This document shows positions 37,301 to 47,500 of a DNA stretch of 64,000 bases, in pieces. Source of the DNA: a virus. A program made the translations under genes and the position numbers. The notes beneath the pieces were generated by a model. That model was given only the letters and a program-made list of their open reading frames with translations. It ran no database searches and was not told the origin of the DNA. Numbering within the stretch: position 1 is the stretch's first letter; each line of letters opens with the position of its first letter. Location of the stretch: positions 32,001 to 96,000 of IMG/VR virus record IMGVR_UViG_3300031857_000034; one strand, 5' to 3'.

Positions 37301-37413
37301 CAGAAGCGATACGGCAAGCTCGCCGCGATCAATTCAGAAGGAAATTGTTGCCAAATCAAGCACAGACCGGCAACGACGATGCACCTGGCATTTCAGATAT
37401 CATAGCACCATAA
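34351..37413 (+). CDS. Baseplate hub protein (gp27-like position)
   Basis: NPLDKYASYTY, FTITEP.G, Y.FTFTGQN, LKIIGDP, F.NGRFTQ; between gp53 and gp5. Confidence 0.55.
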   Translation: MATVTLDTLVLQWEALKAEFNRKWAPEIRAIQTATEQGETYDQVYSRYQAASDAVLTAFAELAAIRNSADSIFSEFGVPAFIAKTEITNQGLTTFQNNLAISLGRAQRNQATATSTSQAASGGTASTPQTLGAASAVDPANANTAAGGQPSPGIPLGTPAATVTAIPGTASGIAAGASGAIALPSNFGTTAGFPQTAFSREDAGPTVSQTIRASSSSSPSSNSNSLGIGSGPVTNPLDKYASYTYNLSLYLLTPEDYNKFVESDTTSETINLPGDQLLIRSGGSPVGAGKRNSYFSDCDFTLDNLRIESVIGFSEQGVPSSTGRLSFTITEPAGATFIYRLQSATATLANKDPNSARQYYAHTYAMVIRFYGYDNNGQPITPKGDINQLDLAGSSESAVLTKIFLFMLSDVKTRIGTRIVEYQCSGIFGPSFVARTAMLGVSPARFELTGTNLNDIFNGVPGTSNNANNQDANPRAETSDADAQEGGFYGDASKVSAQPSQNIPTRGLCQAINQELQRLSRPQKQGTKAIDIPDEYEVLFASDNLRNAKIITAGLDNSLVSAAGDVPTDTKSINTRENTAVPKNAKNVRILPGTPIIQWLDMMIRNSEYVKSQASLAIKERSTDADAQGEEDFYGKKVEQTKPVKWYKITPFNKILGYDKLRKTYANKVIFAISEYSVTDVRSPYFKRAPWRGPDKLYNFTFTGQNTAVLNYEQDFNALYRQTFGIGAQLAQDAGKEAAAAAGQVGTSYAFRVVAETGKQGSLGDSTDPAARAAAGIYSFTDLAKAKLKIIGDPDLLLQDWYNVNQALINRQNLTQAAGGNDSNILNSNLGELYFQVTFLTGDDWNLADGIVKVEPRQGFVRRQSNAYKFTKINSEFQNGRFTQDIEGIILADVNPDQAFVKGDYTSGAAGQIATGTPVDTVTDTDSVTARQETTEASTGAFDTDGSNDLRTQEGGPTTVPQSPTSALPATAPPTFAQRQAAAAEAIRQARRDQFRRKLLPNQAQTGNDDAPGISDIIAP

Positions 37414-37429
37414 GAGGAAATAATTACAC

Positions 37430-38878
37430 ATGGCCGATAACATAGAAATCAACCGCGGACAAGCCAAGGATCTAACCTTTGGACGCGGCCGTACTCCGGT
37501 AGATCCAGGGCCCTACATTGGTATAGTCAAAGACAGCACAGACGTGACACTGTCGGGTAGACTGCGTGTGTACATTCCCGAGATGCCGGGATCTTCGGCC
37601 AACGATTCCAGCACTTGGCACACAGTGAGTTATATGAGTCCGTTTTATGGAGTTACACCCAACACCGGTGCATCGTCTGGTGCAGGCGATTTCATTGGCG
37701 GCAGACAAAGTTATGGATTTTGGGCTACTCCTCCAGATGTAGGCACCAGGGTCATGGTGATATTTGTGTATGGCGATCCCAATCAAGGATTTTACATTGG
37801 CTGTGTGCCCGAACCAGCACTGACACACATGATTCCTGCCATTGGTGCTGCTGCCGATCCCAATGAACCAGGAGACAGCAACGATTATTATGCTGTGGAA
37901 GGCACGCCTGATGGTTTTGCTGGCAAACCTTTGCTGCCTACTATCGAAATCAATACCAAAGATCCTACAATATTATCTGACCCCAAGTATTACACCAAAC
38001 CCAAAGCAGTGCATGTCTATCAGGCTGCACAGATGCTACAACAAGGTATCATCGACGATCCACAGCGTGGGCCCATAACCACCAACAGCCAACGCGAATC
38101 ACCTAGTCGTGTGTTTGGTATTTCAACACCGGGGCAGCCTGTGTACAAGGGCAAATTCGCCAACGATGAAATACAGTCTGACATTGATTCAGGCGACGTG
38201 GCACCCTCTGAGTTAGAAGTCATTGCACGTACAGGCGGTCATACCTTGGCCATGGACGACGGTGATCTATCCGGCAACAACAAACTGTTCAGACTTCGCA
38301 GTTGTCAAGGGCATCAGATTCTGATGAATGATTCAGATAGTTTTTTACACATCATCAGCAAGCGCGGCGATGTCTGGATCGAACTCAATAGAGAAGGTGC
38401 CTTGGACATCTATGCGGAAAACAGCATTAACTTGCGCACAGCCGGCACGCTGAATCTGCACGCGGACAAAGACATCAACATCAATGCCGAGGGTCAGATC
38501 CGTATGCGCAGCAAAGGCGCCATGAATCTGGAAACACAGGATGTGTTTAATCTACGTGCCGATAAAAATATCAATGTTTACACACAGGCCACATTCGAAG
38601 TCAAGGCCGATGGTACCCTGTTGTTGGAAGCCGGCGGCAAGGGTTCCTGGAAGTGCGGTGCAGAACTGCGCATGGACGCCAGTTTGATAGGCCTTAATTC
38701 CGGAGGTTCGGAAACAGTACCAGTGGTTCCAGAGTTGGTGAAAAACAGCCTGCCCGACACAGAGTTTGAAGGCAGCAATTGGATCATACAAAAAGACGTG
38801 ATCCAAACAGTGGCCACTCGTGCGCCCACTCACGAACCATATCCCATGCACAACTATGGAGTAGACACCAGTGAATAA
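37430..38878 (+). CDS. Baseplate central spike (T4 gp5/VgrG-like), no lysozyme domain
   Basis: OB-fold GIVKD..D...GRLRVYIP, SYGFWATPPDVG, RTGGH...MDD, beta-helix repeats, APTHEPY end. Confidence 0.85.
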   Translation: MADNIEINRGQAKDLTFGRGRTPVDPGPYIGIVKDSTDVTLSGRLRVYIPEMPGSSANDSSTWHTVSYMSPFYGVTPNTGASSGAGDFIGGRQSYGFWATPPDVGTRVMVIFVYGDPNQGFYIGCVPEPALTHMIPAIGAAADPNEPGDSNDYYAVEGTPDGFAGKPLLPTIEINTKDPTILSDPKYYTKPKAVHVYQAAQMLQQGIIDDPQRGPITTNSQRESPSRVFGISTPGQPVYKGKFANDEIQSDIDSGDVAPSELEVIARTGGHTLAMDDGDLSGNNKLFRLRSCQGHQILMNDSDSFLHIISKRGDVWIELNREGALDIYAENSINLRTAGTLNLHADKDININAEGQIRMRSKGAMNLETQDVFNLRADKNINVYTQATFEVKADGTLLLEAGGKGSWKCGAELRMDASLIGLNSGGSETVPVVPELVKNSLPDTEFEGSNWIIQKDVIQTVATRAPTHEPYPMHNYGVDTSE

Positions 38879-39464
38879 TCTCACTGAATTGGCAGCTCAA
38901 TTAAATCTTGGCGTCAAAACAGTCATAGTACAGACTGTGGATGTGTCAGATGTGCCATTGCCGCCAAGGCTGTTGGGCACATTGACACCTGCGGTACAAC
39001 AAATAATGATGGCACAAAGAATCAGAACAGTAGAACAACCTTCTGCTGCCTGGAGCACGGATCGTGGCATAGGCATCCTGGGATTGAATCTGCTGCAGAT
39101 CTACGATCTTGGCCTGATCAAACCACAGTTGTTTGATCAATTCGTCACAGGCAATACCAATCTAGACAGTGTGGGACTGGTTCCACCCAGTTTGAATTTC
39201 AATGAATCCCAGGTGTATGACGCGCTTAACTTACGCACCGCCTGGACCGGACAATACAATGTGAACAGCATCGAGGATATTTTGTCCAGACCAACTTTAC
39301 AATATATTCTACAACAAGACAGTTATATTTTGAGTTATAACGCTTTGATCAGTGGCAATATAATCAACGGCACCGAAGACATCGAAGTCTTGGCCATGAC
39401 CGTGGGGCTGACCAGCATCTATGGTTTTGCCGCAGTGGTTCAATTTTTAGGAAATCAACTGTAA
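38871..39464 (+). CDS. Hypothetical baseplate-region protein
   Basis: Coupled to gp5; GLIKP and WTGQYNVNSIEDIL motifs. Confidence 0.6.
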   Translation: MNNLTELAAQLNLGVKTVIVQTVDVSDVPLPPRLLGTLTPAVQQIMMAQRIRTVEQPSAAWSTDRGIGILGLNLLQIYDLGLIKPQLFDQFVTGNTNLDSVGLVPPSLNFNESQVYDALNLRTAWTGQYNVNSIEDILSRPTLQYILQQDSYILSYNALISGNIINGTEDIEVLAMTVGLTSIYGFAAVVQFLGNQL

Positions 39465-40633
39465 TGGCTGCTCCTGTAACCATACCTACCAGCATAGGCC
39501 AGACCGTGGGCGCTGTGCAGAACATAGCCAGTTCGGTCACTGCTGCTGGCATCAACATCAACGGTTTATCTAGCATGACCCAGGCTGCTACCAATCTCAC
39601 AGCAGCTGGGGCCAACTTGTTGAAATTGAATCAGCAGGCCACCAGTGCTGTGCAAGGCCTCTTGCCCAACAGCACACTGACCGTGGATGCGGCCTTGAGC
39701 AAGGCAAAAGTTGGTTTAGAAAGCACTTTTTCTGCACAGGGAGCTGCGGCCACTGCCACTGATTTCTTCAAAGCAGCCAAGCAAACAGCAGACAAGATAG
39801 CCAGCGATGTCAAGGCCGTGGCAGATAAAATCGCATCAGGTGTGGATCCCACATCCTTGGCCAAGTCGGCCACTTCGGGATTGTCCAGTCTGACCAATGT
39901 GGTGGGATCTGTGACATCATCCGTGACTTCGGCTGTGTCATCAGCGGCCAAAACAGTGAGCAGTTACATACCCGGTGCTGGCGCTGCTCTGGCGCAGACT
40001 GGCTCTATCAATACCAACGCCGCAGCGGCTGTTACCAACACTATAAATTCACTGCAGCAGGCAGGAGCCACTGTGGGAGTCAACACCGCACAGATAGCTG
40101 CTGCCAATCAGCAGCTGACTGGTGCTGTGAGCAGTCTCAGCCAGGCACTGAAAATATCAGCACCAGGTGTAGCCTTGCCCGGTGGGCTACCAGCCATACC
40201 CAGCATACCTGCCATACCAGGACTGCCAGGCGGCATACCTGCCATAGATCCTGCAAAATTAAAAGCAGCCACGGCTGCCATAGAAGCAGCACAAAATCCG
40301 CCCAATCCCTTGGCCACTGCTGGTACCAAAATTGGCGCTATCGATCGTTCAAAATTAGATAGTGCATTTTTATCAGCACTGCCGCCGGGACTGCCCAGTT
40401 TTGATCCTGGTACTATATCTGCAGCACAGCAGGCCGGTGCATCTATCAATGCTGCTAGATTCAAAAACACCAAAGACGAGGATCTGACCTATTCAGGACC
40501 TGACACGCAGGTCTGGGACGACATCAACAATGAGCGATTAAAACGCGGCCTCAGCGGCTTGCCCAATCCCAGACCTGCTGAAGACAGCGAATATGCTAAA
40601 AAATACAGCAATCCTGCTTATTCGGGCGGTTAA
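39464..40633 (+). CDS. Ala/Ser/Thr-rich hypothetical virion protein
   Basis: 389-aa ORF coupled to the upstream gene; PAIP/PG repeats. Confidence 0.6.
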   Translation: MAAPVTIPTSIGQTVGAVQNIASSVTAAGININGLSSMTQAATNLTAAGANLLKLNQQATSAVQGLLPNSTLTVDAALSKAKVGLESTFSAQGAAATATDFFKAAKQTADKIASDVKAVADKIASGVDPTSLAKSATSGLSSLTNVVGSVTSSVTSAVSSAAKTVSSYIPGAGAALAQTGSINTNAAAAVTNTINSLQQAGATVGVNTAQIAAANQQLTGAVSSLSQALKISAPGVALPGGLPAIPSIPAIPGLPGGIPAIDPAKLKAATAAIEAAQNPPNPLATAGTKIGAIDRSKLDSAFLSALPPGLPSFDPGTISAAQQAGASINAARFKNTKDEDLTYSGPDTQVWDDINNERLKRGLSGLPNPRPAEDSEYAKKYSNPAYSGG

Positions 40634-40643
40634 ATACTAGACC

Positions 40644-41018
40644 ATGGCAACATTCATCGGATACAACACACAGCAGGCATACAAAAAATTTACCTTGGTT
40701 GATCAGCAGTTGGTGATCAGGGATTTGTTGAATGCTTTCAACATCAAGCAAGGCGAACTGCCAGGACGCCCTCAATATGGGTCGCCTATCTGGGCCATGA
40801 TTTTTGAGCAAATGACCCCGGACGTGCAGCAAAACATACGCCAGAGTTGCATAGATATCATCAAACAAGACCCTAGACTGAGCCTGCAGACCATCAACGT
40901 GTTTCCTTTTGACAATGGTATGCTCATGGAAATTGAAGTACAGTTCCTTCCCAACACTGATGTAGAGTTGCTGCAGGTATTTTTTGACGGCAACACAGGC
41001 GTGGCTGGGCAGGTATAA
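40644..41018 (+). CDS. Baseplate wedge subunit (T4 gp25-like)
   Basis: DLLNAFNIKQGE..GRPQYGS.IW..IFE, IIKQDPR. Confidence 0.9.
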   Translation: MATFIGYNTQQAYKKFTLVDQQLVIRDLLNAFNIKQGELPGRPQYGSPIWAMIFEQMTPDVQQNIRQSCIDIIKQDPRLSLQTINVFPFDNGMLMEIEVQFLPNTDVELLQVFFDGNTGVAGQV

Positions 41019-41064
41019 AACCCCTGTTTTTTTGTCAGATAAATATTAAAACACAACTATAACT

Positions 41065-44000
41065 ATGGCCACAACAACTAGACAGACTGCAGTATTTGGG
41101 TTGGAAGACTGGAAACGTTTTTATCAAAACTACAGCCAGGCTGACTTTCAAAGCTATGACTTTGAAACCATACGCAAGACCTTTGTAGATTATCTGCGTC
41201 TGTACTATCCCGAAACATTCAACGATTATACAGAATCTTCAGAATTTATCGCACTGCTGGATGTCATGGCATTCATGGGTCAGGCTCTGGCCTTCCGCAA
41301 TGATTTAAATGCAAGAGAAAATTTCATTGACACAGCCGAGCGCAGAGACTCGGTGGTTAAATTGGCCAACCTAGTAGACTACACTCCCAAACGCAATATA
41401 CCAGCACAGGGCTATCTCAAGGTGGTGTCAGTGAGCACCACGGAAAATGTGTATGATTATCAAGGCAATAATCTAGCCGGCGTCACAATCAATTGGAATG
41501 ATTTGACCAACGAAAGTTGGTATGATCAATTTACTTCTATAATCAATGCTACCTTGGTCAACAGCCAGCGTGTGGGCAAACCCGGCGGTACTGCCACTAT
41601 ATTAAATGTGTTGACTGAAGAATATTCGGTGAATATGCAAGCAGGCTATCTGCCTGTTATTCCGTTTACTGCCACTGTGGATGGCATATCCATGCCTTTT
41701 GAATCAGTGTCGGTCAGTATTCAAAATCAGGACGCCATCGTTGAGCGTGCGCCCAGGCCCAATTCAGTGTTTAATATCCTGTATCGCAACGATCGCCAGG
41801 GCTATGGTTCTACCAACACTGGCTGGTTTTTGTATTTCAAACAGGGTATATTGCTGAATCAGGATTTTAATTTTCCTGAAAAAATCAACAACAACAATCA
41901 AAATATCAATATCGAAGGTATCAATGACCAAGACGTATGGCTTTATCAACTGGATGAAGTGGGCAATATCACCAGACTTTGGACTCCAAAAGAAAGTATC
42001 TATACTGCTAGCCAATTGGGCAGTTCCGAGCGCAGTCTGCGTACCATTTATTCAATTACCAGCAGATCCAATGATCAAATACAGTTTAACTTTGGAGATA
42101 ACACTTTTGCCGAAGCACCTGTGGGCACATTCCGCACATATGTTCGCCAAAGCAATGGCCTAACCTATACCATCAATCCTGAAGAAATGCAGTCAGTGGT
42201 ACTGCAGCTGGGGTATGTTGACCGCAACAACAAAATACAGACCATAACATACACTCTGAATCTACAGCAGAATATTACCAACAGCCAGGCCAGAGAAGGC
42301 ATCACTGAAATCAAGCAGCGTGCTCCGTCGAGATTTTACACACAGAATCGCATGGTCAACGGTGAGGACTACAATCAGTTTCCCTATAGCCAATATAATT
42401 CAATCATCAAATCCAAATCTATTGTGCGCAGTGTGATAGGTGCTGCTCGTAATTTAGATTTCCTGGACATCACTGGCAAATATTCTTCAACTAATATATT
42501 TGCCGACGATGGCGTGCTGTATGAAGAAGAACAGACTCCGGACTTTGCTTTTGACTTTTTAGATGTGTCAGATATCAATTCAGTGATCATCAACGGAGTA
42601 CAACCTATAACACGCACCAAAGAGATGCTGCAGTTCTATTATGAGAATTTTCCACGACCAGCATTGAACAGCGTGATCAATCCTTATGGACAAAGCGGTT
42701 TGCCTGAGCCTGCTGTGCCCTACTTGTTCTGGCATCAGACTTCAGCCACTACCAATACCTGTACTGGTTGGTTTGCCAACATTCCTGCAGCAGGTGGACA
42801 GCAATATCCTGTGGCCATTGGCGCAGGCGCCAGTGGCAATCTAGCATATATCAAACAAAGCGCATTGGTAAAATTTGAAGCACCCTTGGGCAGTTGTTTT
42901 GACGCTACCAATAGACTGCAAACACGCACACCTGTACAACAGGGCGATCACACAGTGATCTGGGCTACTATTACTCGTGTGATCCGCGACGGCAGCAACC
43001 AAGGTCGCGGCGACAACAGTGACGGTACAGGTCCAGTGAGCCTCAACAATTTCGTACCACAGGGCGCTATACCTACTCAAGTTATTCCTGTGTTTGTCAA
43101 CACGTTCGGCACTGAATTGACCAATCTCATGGTGCAAAATATTCTGATCTATAGAAACTTTGGTCTAGGCTATGACAATGTTGCTGGCGAATGGTATTTT
43201 ATCAGCAACACCAATCTTGACGTAGATGCTGCCTTTAACATATCCACAGCAAAAGATCTCAGCAATACCAACAGCGACGCTGCTTGGATGTTTCAATTCA
43301 TCACCGACGGTGTCAACTATACTGTGACTTATCGCAATCTCACATATATCTTTGGATCGGTGAGCCAGTGTAGATTCTTTTTTGATTCTGCAGGACGTAT
43401 ATTTGATGTCAAAAAAGGCAGCATAGTCAATGACTACATCAGTGTGCTACGCAGCAATCCCGATGCCAACGCCACACCACCGTACAGTGCCAGTCTATTA
43501 GAAGATGTGATATTAGATATCATTGGTCAGCAGACCGAAAGCGATGGCTACGTCAACGACTTTGGCGTAGAAGTATCATTTGGCGACTATGATCAAGACA
43601 CAGTTGCGGATGATCCTGACGTGTTTAATATAGTGGTAGCACCTGATGTGGATCCCGACAGCAAATATGTTTTCCTGCAGAGAACACTAGATTTTGATGA
43701 TCTAGAAAGATATCTCTTGATACCCGAATATGTAATGAACAAGGTGTATGCAACCAAAGAAGCCATTGAAGCACAGATGGCAGCATATCCGGCTGGACAG
43801 TTATTTTTTGCCTATCAAGACAAGACTTTTTGGGAATTGAAAGTAGATGTCTATGGTGGACGCAGCCTTACTGCCAGAAGTGATTTCCAATACAAAGTTG
43901 GGCGTGCGGGCTTGTATTTCCAGTATCGGCATAACAGTCCCAACACACGCAGGATAGATCCCGGTACCAGCAATATCATTGATATCTATGTGGTCACAAA

Positions 44001-44541
44001 CAGTTACTACAATGAATATCGCAACTGGATCACAGACACTACCAACACTGTGCCTAAACCCGCTGTGCCTACCATGAGTGAATTAGGACAGGCATATCAA
44101 GGACTCAATGAATACAAAATGCTCAGTGACAACATAGTGTTGAATTCTGTGACCTTTAAACCTTTGTTTGGCGCCAAGGCCGATCCTGAACTCAGAGCTC
44201 TGTTCAAAGTGGTGAAAAATTCCAACACCACTGCATCAGATCAAGAAGTCAAGTCTGCTGTGGTGGCCAGCCTCAATACCTATTTTGACATAGACAACTG
44301 GAACTTTGGTCAAACTTTTTATGCTTCTGAGTTGTCGGCCTATTTACACGATACCCTGGGCACGCTGATTTCGTCTGTGGTATTGGTACCACAGGATCCC
44401 AACAAGGCCTTTGGTAATTTGTATGAAATACGTTCTGCCCCCACAGAGATATTTGTCAATGCCACCACAGTCAATGACGTGGAGATTATCGCAGCACTGA
44501 CACCATCTGAGTTACGTATTCAAACCACGGTTAGTTACTAA
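41065..44541 (+). CDS. Baseplate wedge subunit (T4 gp6-like)
   Basis: YDFETIR, FNDY.ESS...LLDVMA, ENFIDTAERRDSV..LA..VDY.P, QNRMVNGEDY, FGQTFYASEL. Confidence 0.9.
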   Translation: MATTTRQTAVFGLEDWKRFYQNYSQADFQSYDFETIRKTFVDYLRLYYPETFNDYTESSEFIALLDVMAFMGQALAFRNDLNARENFIDTAERRDSVVKLANLVDYTPKRNIPAQGYLKVVSVSTTENVYDYQGNNLAGVTINWNDLTNESWYDQFTSIINATLVNSQRVGKPGGTATILNVLTEEYSVNMQAGYLPVIPFTATVDGISMPFESVSVSIQNQDAIVERAPRPNSVFNILYRNDRQGYGSTNTGWFLYFKQGILLNQDFNFPEKINNNNQNINIEGINDQDVWLYQLDEVGNITRLWTPKESIYTASQLGSSERSLRTIYSITSRSNDQIQFNFGDNTFAEAPVGTFRTYVRQSNGLTYTINPEEMQSVVLQLGYVDRNNKIQTITYTLNLQQNITNSQAREGITEIKQRAPSRFYTQNRMVNGEDYNQFPYSQYNSIIKSKSIVRSVIGAARNLDFLDITGKYSSTNIFADDGVLYEEEQTPDFAFDFLDVSDINSVIINGVQPITRTKEMLQFYYENFPRPALNSVINPYGQSGLPEPAVPYLFWHQTSATTNTCTGWFANIPAAGGQQYPVAIGAGASGNLAYIKQSALVKFEAPLGSCFDATNRLQTRTPVQQGDHTVIWATITRVIRDGSNQGRGDNSDGTGPVSLNNFVPQGAIPTQVIPVFVNTFGTELTNLMVQNILIYRNFGLGYDNVAGEWYFISNTNLDVDAAFNISTAKDLSNTNSDAAWMFQFITDGVNYTVTYRNLTYIFGSVSQCRFFFDSAGRIFDVKKGSIVNDYISVLRSNPDANATPPYSASLLEDVILDIIGQQTESDGYVNDFGVEVSFGDYDQDTVADDPDVFNIVVAPDVDPDSKYVFLQRTLDFDDLERYLLIPEYVMNKVYATKEAIEAQMAAYPAGQLFFAYQDKTFWELKVDVYGGRSLTARSDFQYKVGRAGLYFQYRHNSPNTRRIDPGTSNIIDIYVVTNSYYNEYRNWITDTTNTVPKPAVPTMSELGQAYQGLNEYKMLSDNIVLNSVTFKPLFGAKADPELRALFKVVKNSNTTASDQEVKSAVVASLNTYFDIDNWNFGQTFYASELSAYLHDTLGTLISSVVLVPQDPNKAFGNLYEIRSAPTEIFVNATTVNDVEIIAALTPSELRIQTTVSY

Positions 44542-44543
44542 GC

Positions 44544-47500
44544 ATGGCACGCACAGTAGATTTTTTACCTGAAATATTCCGCACACCCACCAACAAACAG
44601 GTGCTACACGCCACCTTGGATCAATTGGTACAAGAGCCGCGCTATGAGCGTGCGCAGGGTTTTATAGGACAGAAGTTTGGTCCAGGTGTGACCACCGAAG
44701 ATCGTTACATCGTTGAACCAGACAAAACACGCAGAGACTATCAGTTGGAACCTGCCACCATATTCTTGGAAGACGGCAGCCGGCGTGTTATCGATGCACT
44801 GACCTATCCCGGATATCTTGATGCGCTGAAAAAAATAAACGGTCCTATCACACGTCCTGACGAACTGTTTGAGCAAGAATATTATGCTGTGGATTTTTTC
44901 ATCGACTGGGACAAGTCAGTCAACTACAATCAATATTACTGGCAGTTCCAAGGACCCGAAACTGTAAGATTAACTGCCCCTGCCACACTGCAGTCTTTTA
45001 ATGTTGAACAGCAAATTGTAGGCAAGCAGACCTATACCACTGACAATGTGCGGCTGGTCAGTCCTGCCACCTGGAACAAAACAATCTCATTCAGCAATGG
45101 TATGCGTATCCAATTTGTTGGCAATATCACTCCTGCGTTTTATAGGAATCGAGATTTTTATGTAGAAGGTGTGGGCACTGCTGGGGGTATTAAATTGCTG
45201 CCAGTGGATGATTTTGTTATTCCTGAAATTTACAATTATCCTGCCACAGTTCAACGTGAGCCTATTCCTTGGGACGTTTATCCTTGGGATACCACACTGT
45301 GGGACGGAGCAAGACTGGTTCCTGGATCCGACATAGACTATGTGACCATCAATCGCGCCAGCCGAGATCTAAATCCTTGGACCAGGAGCAACCGTTGGTT
45401 CCACGTGGATGTGCTGACTTATTCTGCCGAAATCAACGGCACCGTGGCAGTGATCGACGACAACTTCCGCGGCAAGCGTCCTATCTTGGAATTCCGTCCT
45501 GACATCAAACTCATACGCTTTGGTACCCAAGGACTGGAGCCCATCAGTTTGATAGACTACTCAGTGACCAATGCTTTTACACAAGTGGCAGGTCAGCCCA
45601 GTTTTACCATTGACGGCATTGAGTTGTTTGCAGGAATGAAAGTTATTTTTGCTGCGGACGAAAATCCCGAAGTCGCACGGCAAGTATATCTGGTACAGCA
45701 GATCACTCCTGTGCCGGGTGGACAAAGCCTACTGTATCTTGAAGCCATTGAAGGCCAAGTGGCTGCCGAAGGATCGGTCACAGTGTGTACCTTGGGTGAG
45801 AGCCAGCAGGGCTATAGTTTTTACTACAGCAACGGTGAGTGGAGCACCATCCAACAGACACAGCAAAAGACCCATCCCAATCAAGCACCATTGTTTGATG
45901 TTTTTGATCAAGACGGAACCAGTTTCAGCAACGCCACAGTGTATCCCGACACCAACTTTGTGGGATCTCCGCTGTTCAGTTATGCAGTTGGCACCGGAGT
46001 GGCCGACGCTGTGTTGAAATTTCCACTGCAGTACAGCGGCGTCAACAATGTGGGAGACATACTATTTTTCTTTAATTTCTACAGAGATTCGTTTACCTAT
46101 CTCAATAATCTCACTGTAGATCTAGTGGGACTGCGCACCGGATTTGTACATCAATATACTGATCGTGTGAATTATGATAGATTGATAGGTTATCAAACTG
46201 CCAGCCTTACACCTAATACTACCAATGTTCCTTTGCTGAGCCAGCAGCCGCAAATTTTTGAATTTGATTATACCGAAGGCAGCATCAAGATAGATGTTGC
46301 AGTACTGGAGCAAGATCAATATCCCAGCATCACCAACATCGTGCGCATATCAGTCAATGATGTGCTGCAGGATCCAGGAACATATACCTATAGAATCTTG
46401 GATGGCAGTAATTTAGAAGTTTACCCAAATGCACAATCCGGAGCCGGTACAGGCGTACAAACCGAAATAACTTTTGCAGTTGATCCCGAGCCCACCAGTC
46501 TGGTGGTAGTGGCAGCATTGAGCGCTCAGACCAGCAGCACAGGATATTTTTCAGTGCCCACTAATTTGACAGTAAATGCTCTCAATCAAGATGTCACAGA
46601 ATGCACCTTGGGCACATTGCGAGATCATTATATAGGCATTTGTCAAAATATACAAGGCTTTGAAGGTCAGGTTCTGGCTGCCAACAACAGCCGCGATTTA
46701 GGCAACCTAGTGCCTTATGGCATCGACCTTATACAACACTCGGCTGCATTGGCCATACCAGCAGTATTCTTGCGCGAGCAGGATTATTCTATATCCAGCG
46801 CATTGTATTACAGTGCTGTGGAGTACCAACGATATAAAGATCTTGTTTTAGATTACGTTTGGAAAAACGAATTTATCAATGAAACCACAGCAGAAATATT
46901 AGACTCGGCCATTGATGCCTTAAAGTCCAATCGTTCCAGCGATAATCCTTTTTACTGGAGTGATTGTATTACAGCAGGTATTTTTGAAAGCACCACATAT
47001 ACCTGGTACGAAGAAAGCAGCACCAGTTTTGATCTCATTTACACATATAATTACAGCGAAGCCAATTATCAAGGTTTGAATGTGTATGTGAATGATGTGA
47101 TACTGTGCCGGGACAGAGATTATGTAGTTGATACTGTGACCAATACTGTGACTCTGGTACCCAGTGTGCTGGCCGACGAAGATATCGTGGTCATACGTGA
47201 ATATCAACAGACCTATGGCAACTTTGTTCCTGCCACTCCCAGCAGTCTGAGACTGTTTCCTGCATACTTTCCAGAGATATATGTAGACACTACCTATACC
47301 ACTCCCACCACTGTGATACGTGGACACGACGGCTCAATCACGCCTGCGTTTGGCGACTACAGGGATCAGGTACTATTAGAATTCGAAACACGTATCTACA
47401 GCAACATCAAGGGCACCGCCGACTATCCGCTAGACTACAATGAATTTTTGCCTGGCGCCTTTCGTGGTGTCACAGCAGACAATATCAATAGCCAGACTAT

